DNA from: Girardia tigrina
Taxonomy: Eukaryota
Assembly (NCBI GenBank): GCA_001938485.1
Contig: MQRK01170560.1
Location: 76,142-128,441 of the forward strand
Length of the DNA stretch: 52,300 nucleotides
Reading direction: 5' to 3'
The position numbers and the translations under genes are program-made. The notes beneath the pieces are model-generated. The model was given only the letters and a program-made list of their open reading frames with translations, did not search any database and was not told the DNA's origin. Of this stretch, positions 13,241-23,551 are shown piece after piece (position 1 is the first letter of the stretch; each line of letters begins with the position of its first letter).

Positions 13241-14696
13241 GGGATACGCCTTATGAGGATTCGCCTAGGGAACAATCAAAACAAAACCAATATGATCATA
13301 ATTATTATTATCTATTTGATTTTCATTTTTGTCGCTATTTATTGTGTATAATTTTTCGTTTTCATTTTCCGATTTAATTAATTTATCGACAGTTTCACGA
13401 GTTATGTTTTCAACTGTCGATTTAGAAAAGCCATTTTTATGAAGCATGTGTTATAAATTGTCGTGCTCCCCTTTAAACAACATTAATAATGAGTCCCCAT
13501 CAGTTTTCCATTAGAGTTCAACTGCAACTCTATCGAAACTTAATCTATTTCATGTCAACGGGGAACAGACGCGCCTCCTTCGCTCACATCAACAAGTTGT
13601 GTGCGCGTCGGAGCGCCTACGGGTTCTTGACCAGTAACGAGGATATCCCGACTGGTAACTCAGCTTCTAGAGGGAATGATTATAACTTTGTTGATTCAAC
13701 TCCTCAAATCCGATTTTGTTACCTTGCGCCAGACAAAGATATCTCAACGAGACAAATGACGGTCAGCCCATGTGCCCCTGTGCATACTATGGTCTGCCTG
13801 CACCGTCTCCTCGAGGTCTTGTCCGAACAGCAACCCCATTCATGATTATGTTCCACCCATGTGTATGAATTCGTTTATACTTGAGGATCTAATTATGTAT
13901 ACTTCATATTATTATACTTATTCCATTAAATCACATTTTTATATATGTTAATCTCTGAATGACTTTTACAACTTGACTTTAGTGGTGATAGATTTTAGAA
14001 AGAACAACTTTCCTCAGTACTTTTGTCATGATGATTTGATATATCTGACTCTACACCTTTTACCCTGCATTCAGTTTTACATTTGACGCAATAATTTAAT
14101 TTAATTCTTGAGCCGGCAATAGTAATTTATATTTAATACGAAAGAATAGTTTAATTTCAAGAAATCGCTGTTATTTCAGAGAATCATTTTAGTTAATCAG
14201 TTAAAAGAACTCCTTGGAACAGTATTTTTCATGTTACCAGGTGTCATAATAGTGTAGATTGCGAGTGTTGTTTTAATCACCATTTCGAGGTTCTCATTCG
14301 TCTCTAACTTTATCTCCTCATTTTAATTCAGTCATCATAAATTCCAGTCCTGACGAAGACTGTGTCCCACTCTCTCATACGCCTCGACCTCTTGCCAATC
14401 TCACCTCACCCTTTCAGTTCTCAGTTTCTAAGAGCATTTTCTTACTCGCATTTAACCGTGCATAAGATCAACTCGATGGTCGTAAAATTCATAAAGTTGT
14501 AACCGCAAAATTATAAGACGATCGATAAAATTCGTGATTATGAAATATACCTACAATCGTATAGTATTTACAAAATCATTGACCGATTCAAAACGTTGTT
14601 ATAGAAAAATCTTTAAAACTGCATTACGGTCGAATTAGTTACAAATTAAATCAATAATTACAAATTACATCAATTATAAATTATATCCAAATAAAC

Positions 14697-14887
14697 TGTA
14701 AATCAAGACAGAATTAAAATCGAAATTGTTAAGAGAAAATATAAAACAAAATTAAAAGTATTTAAAATAATCAGCTTAGGATAAATTAACTCCCGATAGA
14801 TTGTAAATCAAAACAGAATTAAAATCGGAATTGTTAAGAGAAGTATCAAAACAAAATTAAAATTTCTAAAATAATCAGCTCAGGATA
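14697..14887. repeat. ~105-bp period tandem duplication
   Basis: TGTAAATCAArACAGAATTAAAATCG...ATAATCAGCTyAGGATA occurs twice (~14697, ~14802). Confidence 0.85.
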
Positions 14888-15024
14888 TTCCTTTCCGTCG
14901 TTATTCTTACTATCTACTTCAACTCAGTTTTAGATCAATTGAAAATTAAAGATTATTAAAATGAAAGGCGAAACAAATCAAATTAATGTTTATTCACAAA
15001 ATTGAATTTGATGAGGAAATCATA

Positions 15025-15260
15025 CGAAGGGAATGGGCTTTACAAGCTATTTACAACAATGAGGTTTGAGCTATACCTCGGAATCCACTCCGACACCCGA
15101 CTCATAGTTGTGCCAAAGCGGGGACTTCATAATATGTAACTGTTGCTCGTCGCGAGCTTTTCTAATGAACGACAGGAATGGCCCGACTAATTTCAATGAC
15201 GAAGAGTCACGATAAGAACTCAATTCCTTCTCGGAATAGACAATATCGTGGCGACCCATT
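15025..15260. mobile_element. Putative TA-flanked MITE interrupted by the Polinton (right TIR at 32399-32411)
   Basis: TA-CGAAGGGAATGGG (15023-15037) versus CCCATTCCCCTCG-TA (32399-32413); 12/13 inverted match. Confidence 0.5.
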
Positions 15261-15539
15261 AGAAGTATAGAAATTACTCGGATTGATCAGACCCTTCAAA
15301 AATAGCGTTTTTCGCACCTTTTTGAGAATTATTAAAAATCGATATTTTTTATCCATAAAACGTATATAATATTCAATAAATCTAATATTTTTATCGATAA
15401 AACACTATAAAAATTCAAAAAATCGAAAAAAATATTGATAAAACGTATACAATATTCAAAAAGTCATATTATTTATATCAAAAATGAGAACTCGAAGAAA
15501 AAAAAAGTGGATACCAAAAAGCCATACCGTAGTATGGCT
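15261..15539 (+). repeat. Polinton left TIR
   Basis: AGAAGTATAGAAATTACTCGG...GTATGGCT; reverse complement of 32123-32398 with few differences. Confidence 0.97.
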
Positions 15540-15560
15540 ATTTGGTATAATATTATTTTA

Positions 15561-15896
15561 TTAAAATGTTCTATAATTAACAACGTAATCAAATACTCGA
15601 TTACGTTTTATTAAATATTTTTTCAAATATTTATCTTTAATATTATAAAATACAGATTCATCAACAAGATCTTCAGAAAAAATCTGTTTTTCTTCATCAG
15701 TAAATTCTGTATTTCTTATCACTTCGAGTTCCCAAATAAGTTTTTTGTAAACTTCAAGTGATAATTCTTCTTCCTCTTCCTCTTCTTCATTATTATTTAC
15801 AAATATTATCAAATTATTAAAATAAATAATTTGATTATTATTATATATTTCTTCCAAATCATACTCATTTAAAAAATTAAAATTTTTACAGACCAT
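15561..15896 (-). CDS. Polinton hypothetical acidic protein (111 aa)
   Basis: AAAATG start, divergent from the next gene, ends next to the TIR. Confidence 0.6.
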   Translation of the reverse strand: MVCKNFNFLNEYDLEEIYNNNQIIYFNNLIIFVNNNEEEEEEEELSLEVYKKLIWELEVIRNTEFTDEEKQIFSEDLVDESVFYNIKDKYLKKYLIKRNRVFDYVVNYRTF

Positions 15897-15926
15897 TTTT
15901 TAAAATCTATTTTAATTTTAAAGAAA

Positions 15927-16448
15927 ATGAATGAAGAAATTTTTAAAAACAATATTGATTATTTAAAGGGGTTAAGTGATTTATCACTTGATGTTATTGA
16001 AAAAGATGTGAAATATATTGTTAAATCTACTTTTTGTGTTAATAATAAAAAAATTATTTTGGATTATTTGAAATTGAAAAATGAAACAAATTTGAAACAT
16101 TCAGAAATTTGTAAAAGATTAAATATTTCAACTTATCGATTTAATCGTATAATGAAAGATAATGAAATTGAATCGTTTTATCGTCATCCTGTTCCAACTC
16201 AAAAATCAAGAAGTAAGAAAAAAACGGAAAAAATAAAAACTGAGGAAAAACCGAAATTGAAAAGAAAAAAATCGAAAAAAGAAGAAGTTGAAATTGGAAA
16301 AGGAAAACTCGATATCTCTCCTGAATCCGAACTCGAATCTGATCATGAATCCGAATCTGAAAAAATTAAAAATGAAAATCGTGAAAGAATGTTGAAAATA
16401 TTAGAAGAAAGAAATTCAAATTATCTTAAAGAAAATGGAACTTGCTAA
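15927..16448 (+). CDS. Putative HTH DNA-binding protein with basic NLS-like tract
   Basis: LKHSEICKRLNISTYRFNRIMK resembles an HTH; K-rich region follows. Confidence 0.65.
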   Translation: MNEEIFKNNIDYLKGLSDLSLDVIEKDVKYIVKSTFCVNNKKIILDYLKLKNETNLKHSEICKRLNISTYRFNRIMKDNEIESFYRHPVPTQKSRSKKKTEKIKTEEKPKLKRKKSKKEEVEIGKGKLDISPESELESDHESESEKIKNENRERMLKILEERNSNYLKENGTC

Positions 16449-16944
16449 AATAAAAAATAAAAAAAATTTATCAAAGTTTATAACAAGAGCTGAAAAGGAA
16501 TATGATAAGATGAATCTGAAATCTCAAGCGCATCAAGGACGAAAACAAATCACTCAAATATTCCAATTGAAAGGAGAGCTCATAGATATGAAAAGTAAAT
16601 GGTTTACCGCGGTAGATTATTGTGCTGAATTGGCAGAAGAAGTGGAAAAAAAAGATGAAGATATCCTGTTTTTAAATAATGTAATAGATACAAAAAATAA
16701 TCAAATAGATATGTGTTTGAAAGAAATTGGAAACGATGATAAAGACAAACAAAAGAAATATGAGGATTTGATAAAACAACAAAATGATATATTGGACAAA
16801 TCTCTAACTGTTCCAAAATTCAATAATCGAAAAACTATTCTTTCAAAAGTGTTAAATAAAATGTATAATTGGTCACCAGAAGAATGTGAATTTATTTCCA
16901 CTTTAGAAAAAATTAATGGTATAAATAATGATCTACCGGATTGA
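16435..16944 (+). CDS. Polinton hypothetical coiled-coil protein (169 aa)
   Basis: AAAATG start overlapping the upstream ORF; heptad-like composition. Confidence 0.65.
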   Translation: MELAKIKNKKNLSKFITRAEKEYDKMNLKSQAHQGRKQITQIFQLKGELIDMKSKWFTAVDYCAELAEEVEKKDEDILFLNNVIDTKNNQIDMCLKEIGNDDKDKQKKYEDLIKQQNDILDKSLTVPKFNNRKTILSKVLNKMYNWSPEECEFISTLEKINGINNDLPD

Positions 16945-17091
16945 TTTAATCAAGCTTTATTTAGCTTAAATTGAAAAAAAACGCGGTACTTTTACTCTAT
17001 CCATTCGCAATAAATCCCTATCTAAACGATAGCGATATACTAATTTTAATATTCGAATGGAAAATTCATCCTCGAGAAATTAAAATTATTT

Positions 17092-17376
17092 TTAAATAAA
17101 ATCATCAATATTATTATCTTTACATTTTTCCTTTATTTCATTGGTTTCATTTTCAAGATCAATAATCTTATTTTTTAACATTTCTNNNNNNNNNNNNNNN
17201 NNNNNNNNNNNNNNNNNNNNNNNNNNNNNNNNNNNNNNNNNNTTAATAAAATAATTTAAATTTATTATAGCATTTTTATATACTCCTATCAAAATTTCTT
17301 TATCCTTTATAATCTTTTCTTTTGTTATTTGTATACCTATTTTATCATTATCAGATTTTAAATTATTTTTATTCAT
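17092..17376 (-). CDS. Small hypothetical protein (~94 aa, spans a gap)
   Basis: AAAATG at 17376 (MNKNNLK...). The longer ORF call merely reads through the repeat. Confidence 0.45.
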   Translation of the reverse strand: MNKNNLKSDNDKIGIQITKEKIIKDKEILIGVYKNAIINLNYFIXXXXXXXXXXXXXXXXXXXXEMLKNKIIDLENETNEIKEKCKDNNIDDFI

Positions 17377-17403
17377 TTTCTTTAAAAATATAATAGAATT
17401 TAT

Positions 17404-17484
17404 AAATTCCCAAATCCAAATCCCAAATCCCAAATCCAAATCCCAAATCCAAATCCAAATCCCAAATCCCAAATCCAAAACCCG
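17404..17484. repeat. AAATCC/AAATCCC tandem repeat (GGGATTT on the minus strand)
   Basis: About 12 units of 6-7 bp between divergent genes. Confidence 0.95.
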
Positions 17485-17647
17485 AAAGTTGTATCGTGAT
17501 TTGAAAAAATCACAATCTAAACATTTATTTATTAACAAATTTTTTTTCGACTCGTTCATTTTCTTTAAAAATAATTTGAAAATGGAAAGCAAATTTTTTT
17601 TTAAAAAAATTCGCGTTCTTTTCACCAAAAATTCGAAAAATAAAAAA

Positions 17648-18559
17648 ATGCCGAAGGAAAAACTGAATATTTTAAGTATGTACGAGTCAAAGTTTAAAAA
17701 CAAATTATTCCCAAAGAACTTTAGACTGCTAATAGTTGGTGAGTCGGGATGTGGAAAAAATGTTTTACTAGCGAAAATGTTATTGGAGGATAATTTTTTA
17801 GATTTTAATAATTTAATATTTTATTCCACAACTATTGATCAACCAGAATTGAAAGTGATTGCAAGTGGTTTTCGATTTGAGGACGGATCATCTTTAACAA
17901 AAATGGGAATACGCGATATCTTTGATAAACAAAATATGCTCTTATCCATGATAAAAGAGGAATTAGGTAATGATTCTGATAAAGATTATATTCCTCCTCC
18001 GGAATATCTGGTTTATGCGTATAAAAGATTTATTAATAATAAAAATAATATTGATAAATCAAAATACTTGATTAGAGATCCTGAGAAATCCATATCCGTT
18101 CTATTTTCTTCGGATCCCAATCAAATCGTCGCTTGCGACTCGCTACCAAAAGATGCAAAGAATCTCATTATTTTCGATGACGTGGTGAATCTGTCAGATC
18201 AGAAAATAATGAAATCGTATTTCACCAGAGGACGCCATAATAATTGTAATACGATATACATCTCCCAAACTTTCTACGGATTGGATAAGCATTCTATCCG
18301 GAATAATTCCACTAGATTCATTTTTTTCGAATTAGGAAAAAGAGATAAATCTTATATCTTCTCTGATCTCTTACCCAATAGCGAAAATATCAATGAATAT
18401 CAGCGGGAAATCATTCATCACTGGCAGCGGAAAAAATATAATTATATTTATTTCGATCGGACTGAGAAAAAAATTTATAAAAATATTTTTACTGAAGAAG
18501 AAATAGCGATTGATAATCCGAACATGCACTCAGATACGGAATTAGATGAAAGTGATTAA
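17648..18559 (+). CDS. A32/FtsK-like DNA packaging ATPase
   Basis: Walker A GESGCGKN, Walker B LIIFDD, RGRH, ISQ..IRNN; likely start MPKEK at 17648. Confidence 0.95.
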   Translation: MPKEKLNILSMYESKFKNKLFPKNFRLLIVGESGCGKNVLLAKMLLEDNFLDFNNLIFYSTTIDQPELKVIASGFRFEDGSSLTKMGIRDIFDKQNMLLSMIKEELGNDSDKDYIPPPEYLVYAYKRFINNKNNIDKSKYLIRDPEKSISVLFSSDPNQIVACDSLPKDAKNLIIFDDVVNLSDQKIMKSYFTRGRHNNCNTIYISQTFYGLDKHSIRNNSTRFIFFELGKRDKSYIFSDLLPNSENINEYQREIIHHWQRKKYNYIYFDRTEKKIYKNIFTEEEIAIDNPNMHSDTELDESD

Positions 18560-18691
18560 TGATTTTATAAAATAGTTAATAGCATATCATGGAATACACA
18601 TTAAAAATATTATTGTTCTTTTCTAACCGTTTTCCTTTATTATCATGTCTACAGAAATAGCTTGATAGTATTGGAAATTTTTATTAAGAAA

Positions 18692-19633
18692 ATGATGATT
18701 ATTAAAAAAGAAGGCGGTGGAGGCGTCTTTGATAGCGCGAAGCGGGTATCCAAAGGCGGTGGAGACTTCGATTCTCGAAGAGCAATCGGAGGTGACATTC
18801 AACAATCTATGGGAAATTTTGCAAAATATATCCCTGGATTTATGAAAACAAAATACGGAGAACTGCATTTACCAGGTAAAAATTATTGTGGTCCTCTAAC
18901 AAGATTGGATATCCGATTAGATGAAAATGATCAACCAATCGGCGAAGATAATAAACCAGTAGATGGATTAGATGAAGCCTGTTATAAGCATGATATCGCT
19001 TACAGATCTGAAGATTTACGAGATCGGCATTTAGCTGATATAAATTTGATTCATGATATCAATCAACTTCAAGATCTGTCTTTACGCCAAAAATTCGAAA
19101 GATTTCTCATAAAAACAATTATGAAAGGTAAAATCGCATTTGGCGGTGCCGTTGATGATAATAAAATAGATAATAAACAATTAGCCAAGGAATTACATAA
19201 AGAACATAAAAGAAATAAAGACTTTCTTCGAATAAATGTTAAATCACTGAATCGGATTTGGTCTGCTGACTTGATAACTGTTGACGCTAAAGAAGATACT
19301 GAAAATGGAGTCGTTGCAACAACAATAACAAAATCGGGACAAACCAGAAAAATTTGGAAATATTATATTTTAACAGTTATAGATATTTATTCTCGTTATG
19401 GTTTTTTCCGTTTTCTTCCCAATAAAAAATCTGAATCGATAATTCAAGCTTTCATTTCAATTCTTACTGAATTAGGAAATACTGAATTACCAATTCCAAA
19501 ATATTTATGGGTTGACCAGGGAGCTGAGTTCACAAACAAGGAATTCGATAAAAAATTCCTAAAAGCTAATAATATTAAAATGTATTTTGTAAAGAAAAAC
19601 CTGTTTTTATTGAAAGATTCAATCGAACTTTGA
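18692..19633 (+). CDS. PLA2 (parvovirus VP1u-like) fused to the N-terminal/core part of a retroviral-type integrase
   Basis: LPGKNYCGP and DEACYKHDIAY, then in frame LAKELHK, WSADL, VIDIYSR, WVDQGAEF. Confidence 0.92.
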   Translation: MMIIKKEGGGGVFDSAKRVSKGGGDFDSRRAIGGDIQQSMGNFAKYIPGFMKTKYGELHLPGKNYCGPLTRLDIRLDENDQPIGEDNKPVDGLDEACYKHDIAYRSEDLRDRHLADINLIHDINQLQDLSLRQKFERFLIKTIMKGKIAFGGAVDDNKIDNKQLAKELHKEHKRNKDFLRINVKSLNRIWSADLITVDAKEDTENGVVATTITKSGQTRKIWKYYILTVIDIYSRYGFFRFLPNKKSESIIQAFISILTELGNTELPIPKYLWVDQGAEFTNKEFDKKFLKANNIKMYFVKKNLFLLKDSIEL

Positions 19634-20097
19634 AATCTGAAATCTATAAACTATTTACCGAGAAAGGGGAGAAAGTTATCACTGAGTTGGAAATGCAAAA
19701 AATATTAGAGAATTATAATAATAGAATTCACAGCTCTATCCGTCAAATTCCACATGATGTAATGTTCAATGATGCGATTCCAGAACCAAAACCACAAAAA
19801 TTACCAAAGAAAAAAATTAAGCCAAAATTCAAAGTTGGAAATCGAGTTCGGGTATTCGAAACAAAATTATTCAATGGAGATAAACCTGAAGGCACTCGTA
19901 ATAAAAACCAGGAACGGAAATTACAGACTTTTAAAAAAGGTTATGAACCGAAATGGACTCGTGAAATTTATGTAATTTCAAAAGTTTTGGATCATGAATA
20001 TCCTGTAACTTATAAACTGATAAATCCTACAACTGAAATACCTAAAGAACTATTTGGTCGGTTCTATGAAGCGGATTTACAAAAATCAAAATTTTAA
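19591..20097 (+). CDS. Integrase C-terminal part (-1 frame relative to the upstream ORF)
   Basis: KEKPVFIERFNRTLK (catalytic Glu), YNNRIHSSI, KFKVGNRVR, FKKGYEPKWTRE, GRFYEADLQ. Confidence 0.9.
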   Translation, partial: KEKPVFIERFNRTLKSEIYKLFTEKGEKVITELEMQKILENYNNRIHSSIRQIPHDVMFNDAIPEPKPQKLPKKKIKPKFKVGNRVRVFETKLFNGDKPEGTRNKNQERKLQTFKKGYEPKWTREIYVISKVLDHEYPVTYKLINPTTEIPKELFGRFYEADLQKSKF

Positions 20098-20102
20098 AGA
20101 AA

Positions 20103-21536
20103 ATGGAAACAAGTTTTGAAAAACCAATAAATCAATTAACCTCAGGAATGATTCCGTTGGGAATTTTAGATCTTGATAACAATAAGGAATTTAGTCACGT
20201 TTTGAAAAAAACCGATGTAATAAAACTGGCGCCAACCAGTGGATCACAAGCATACATGAATCAGAATGGAACTCTGGTTTATCAGCTCTCCCAAACCACC
20301 GATCCGATAGATATTTGTAATGCTAAACTGGTTTATGATATTGAAATAAAAAACGGGGATGAACATTCAATTCTTGAAACCAACTTCTTCCCTAAATTAT
20401 TTTCATGCATGTCATTAAAATTAGGTAACTATGTCGTGGAATCGATAAATAATCCTGGAGTTGTATCAGATATGTTATTATATGTCTCTAAAGATAGAAA
20501 CTATTTACCCTGCGGAGAAATAACGGATTTTATTCCTGATCATTATGAAATGACATATGGAGAAAAAATAGCTGCGGTATCATCAGTACCATCTACAAGT
20601 AAAAAAATTATTGATGAAGAAGATGAAGAGGATACTCCCGGTTCGAGCGGGGGTACTCTCAATACAAAAGAAATTCCAGCTGGTCTACGATATCAAAATA
20701 TTGGAATAGAAATTCGTAAAAATCAATTTAAACATAATAGATTCAAAGGTGCTTTCTCACTGAAACATCTTTTCGGATTTCTGCAAAATTATAACCGAGT
20801 TATTTACAATATTCTCCTGGAATTTACAATGGTTCGAAAAATAGATCATAAAAATATATTTTACAACAAAAATTGTACCAAATGTGAAGTACATATAAAA
20901 TCCCTGGAACTGCATATGAATCAATTGGAATTGAATATCGATTCTTATGGACGAATAATTGAACGATTAAATCAGAAAGATAAACCGATTTATGTGGATT
21001 TCCTTAAACGTCTCTCAATGGAGTACTCATTAACATCCGAAAAATCATTTAACTGGAATGCTGCATATCTGAATTATTTACCTCGATATATTTTCATTGG
21101 AATGAAACTGAAAGATTCAGATTATAAATCGAATAATTCTCGATTTTTTATGGATAAAGAAGAATTCTCAATTCAAATAAAACTTAATAATACCTATTAC
21201 CCAATCCAACCAATGGAAAATGTAAAAGCAAATCGGAATTTCTATGATTTATATAATTCATATGTTCAATGCTGCCGTGGATTTCAAGACAAAGCTCCAA
21301 TATTATCATTGAAAGATTGGAAATCTCTATATCCAATTATATGTTTTGACACTTCGGATATTGATAAAACTTTATCCGTTAACAATGTTACCGTAACAAT
21401 AATGATTAAGAAATCTGAAACGTTTCAACCAAAGATGTATTGTGTAATTTTGGAAGAAGCAAAAATAAAAATGACTCTGCGGGGATCACAAATTACCATC
21501 ATAGAACCATTAAAAGGATCTGTTGATAAGAAATAG
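20103..21536 (+). CDS. Major capsid protein (double jelly-roll, PY/hexon-like)
   Basis: 477 aa, beta-rich; LKHLFGF, PRYIFIG, NNTYYP and YPIICFDTS motifs typical of Polinton MCP. Confidence 0.88.
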   Translation: METSFEKPINQLTSGMIPLGILDLDNNKEFSHVLKKTDVIKLAPTSGSQAYMNQNGTLVYQLSQTTDPIDICNAKLVYDIEIKNGDEHSILETNFFPKLFSCMSLKLGNYVVESINNPGVVSDMLLYVSKDRNYLPCGEITDFIPDHYEMTYGEKIAAVSSVPSTSKKIIDEEDEEDTPGSSGGTLNTKEIPAGLRYQNIGIEIRKNQFKHNRFKGAFSLKHLFGFLQNYNRVIYNILLEFTMVRKIDHKNIFYNKNCTKCEVHIKSLELHMNQLELNIDSYGRIIERLNQKDKPIYVDFLKRLSMEYSLTSEKSFNWNAAYLNYLPRYIFIGMKLKDSDYKSNNSRFFMDKEEFSIQIKLNNTYYPIQPMENVKANRNFYDLYNSYVQCCRGFQDKAPILSLKDWKSLYPIICFDTSDIDKTLSVNNVTVTIMIKKSETFQPKMYCVILEEAKIKMTLRGSQITIIEPLKGSVDKK

Positions 21537-21683
21537 AAAAAAAATTCTGCTTCCTTTCTATGAAAAATAAAATTTTGGATCCCCGAAGGTTAATAATTTT
21601 TTTCTCAGCGAGAACAAAAATTATTATTACCAAAGGTTTGATAAATATTTTATTTTTCACAAAAAATAAAATATTTATCAAAA

Positions 21684-22370
21684 ATGGCTCCGAAAACAGA
21701 TGCTTTAAAAATACGAAAATTGATAGATACTCAAACTCCCGGTTTGATTCGTGTGAATGGAAAGGAAATGTATTTAAATCGGGAAATGTTGAAAAAGATT
21801 AAAGATTTGGAAAAAAATGGTGGAGAGATCGGTGGATATTATCACAGTGGTGGATTATTGCCACTTATCCCCGCTATAATCGCTGGTTTAACTACTCTTT
21901 TCACAGTAGGAGGAGCAGCTGCGGGAGTAGCCGCTGGAGTATCAAAAACTGTTTCAAATGCTCGTGAAGCACAGAAGATGCAGGCGGAAAAAGAGAAAAT
22001 AGATATTGAAAAACAAATAAAACAAAAGGAACTTGAAAAAATGAATACACCGGTGGTTCCACCAACGGGATCGGGATTACGGAAATCAAAAGGAAAAGGA
22101 TTACTTGGAGAATTTGTACCTAGAACTATAATGTCGAAAATGGGAATAAAAGATATAGATGAGGGAGAAGGGTTGTACTTGGATGATTATGTTGGAAAAG
22201 GAATACAAAAATTTTTTCGTGAACAAATAAATCAATCGGATAAAGATCCAAAATCGAAAAAGGCTCTATTGAATAAAAATAAAAAATTGGGAGGGAAATT
22301 GAAATGTCATTTCATGGGAAAGGGATTATATTTGGAACCTTGGGATCCGAATAATCAGAATCGGATATAA
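21684..22370 (+). CDS. pX-like core/membrane-active virion protein
   Basis: GGLLPLIPAIIAGL..GGAAAGVA hydrophobic segment, coiled coil, repeated GxG[LI], C-terminal GKGLYLEP. Confidence 0.8.
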   Translation: MAPKTDALKIRKLIDTQTPGLIRVNGKEMYLNREMLKKIKDLEKNGGEIGGYYHSGGLLPLIPAIIAGLTTLFTVGGAAAGVAAGVSKTVSNAREAQKMQAEKEKIDIEKQIKQKELEKMNTPVVPPTGSGLRKSKGKGLLGEFVPRTIMSKMGIKDIDEGEGLYLDDYVGKGIQKFFREQINQSDKDPKSKKALLNKNKKLGGKLKCHFMGKGLYLEPWDPNNQNRI

Positions 22371-22372
22371 AA

Positions 22373-23497
22373 ATGAATGAACATCAAATACATTTTCAAG
22401 AATTACAAAAAAGTATTCAAAGAACTTTAGTAGCAGTTCAAGAATATAATCGTCAAGAATTTGAATACAAAGCTGGTATATCCGATTTTCAAACATCAAT
22501 GTCTAAAATGTTTCAACCTTTAATGAGTGGATTACAAGGTCCTATTACTGAACGGATAACATCTCTCAAGACTAAAGTTATAAAATTAGAAAACGATCTC
22601 AAACGATTTATTGAAGTCGATATAAAAAATTATGATAATGTGAAATCCAAATCTTTTTTTGATCAGTATCAACAGGAATATTTATTAATCCATCAGGAAT
22701 TAGCTCCGATAATGCAGGAAATGATTGAGAAATATCCTCAAGATAAGGAATTTATCACCAGTCATCATGAGGTAACGAAAAAATTATTAGAAGAGTTGGC
22801 ACAGAAATTGGGAACGAAATTCGATTCTCAATTATCTCAAGCTGGTCCCTTTTTGGAAATATTCTTTGATACAAATTATTATGTAAATTTCAAATCTTCA
22901 CTAATGTTGCAACCAACGTTTGGAAGAAATGCCGAGGGAAAACAATTTATGACATTCAATAAATATACATTTATTCTCATGAAAGAGGGAGAAAAATATT
23001 ATTTCGTGCGAAATGATAATCGGGTTCGAGTAGAGCTTGATGATATTTTTAATAATATCCTAATTGGGAATTATGAAATTATTTTCAATAAAAGTTATAC
23101 TATGGAAGAAAAACATACATCATTCGATAAGTATTTATCATTTCTATTAAATAATGGAATAAACGCTCGAGAAAGAAATTTTTATTATACTAAACTTTGT
23201 TTCGATGCTTTTAATAAAGCTGAAGGATTAGTAGGAGAATTTGCACGACCACTAGAACCCACGAAAAAGGAAAGAAGATCATCATCATTACCACGGTTAC
23301 GTCCACGAAAAGGGACAGGAATACCCTCTGATCCGATTTCATTGTTTTCATATTTATATAAATATATCGCTGCAAAGAAGGCTGGTCATGATGGTTTGGA
23401 TGATAATATTATTGATATTATGAAGAAATTAAGACGAAAAAAATTATTATCAAAAGAAAAACAGGAGGAATTAATGAAACGAATTTTCGATAAATAA
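22373..23497 (+). CDS. Conserved Polinton protein of unknown function (374 aa)
   Basis: C-terminal KGTG..SDPISL..IAAKKAGH..IIDIMKKL resembles the DPxEL..AGN motif of Polinton ORFs. Confidence 0.75.
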   Translation: MNEHQIHFQELQKSIQRTLVAVQEYNRQEFEYKAGISDFQTSMSKMFQPLMSGLQGPITERITSLKTKVIKLENDLKRFIEVDIKNYDNVKSKSFFDQYQQEYLLIHQELAPIMQEMIEKYPQDKEFITSHHEVTKKLLEELAQKLGTKFDSQLSQAGPFLEIFFDTNYYVNFKSSLMLQPTFGRNAEGKQFMTFNKYTFILMKEGEKYYFVRNDNRVRVELDDIFNNILIGNYEIIFNKSYTMEEKHTSFDKYLSFLLNNGINARERNFYYTKLCFDAFNKAEGLVGEFARPLEPTKKERRSSSLPRLRPRKGTGIPSDPISLFSYLYKYIAAKKAGHDGLDDNIIDIMKKLRRKKLLSKEKQEELMKRIFDK

Positions 23498-23551
23498 GGA
23501 TGAATTCTAACGAAATGGGAATTTGTTTACAAATTACTGATTTCGTTAAAA

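Larger units (their letters stand above)
11299..13265 (+). mobile_element. Mutator-like (MULE, Phantom-type) DNA transposon
   Basis: 8-bp TSD TAGGGAAC (11291-11298, 13266-13273); GG...CC ends; inverted arrays of 15-bp AAAACAGCGAATnnC units at both ends. Confidence 0.92.

Noticed and set aside
13489-13860. 118-aa ORF or gypsy integrase relic on the minus strand
   Set aside because: Only weak fragments (GHMG, FVW) in different frames.
14349-14370. Second hammerhead (CTGACGA-AGAC-TGT-GTC)
   Set aside because: The required GAAA after stem II is missing.
17092-17703. 203-aa ORF with WIWIWDLDLGFG repeats
   Set aside because: Read-through of the AAATCCC repeat, overlapping the ATPase start on the opposite strand.
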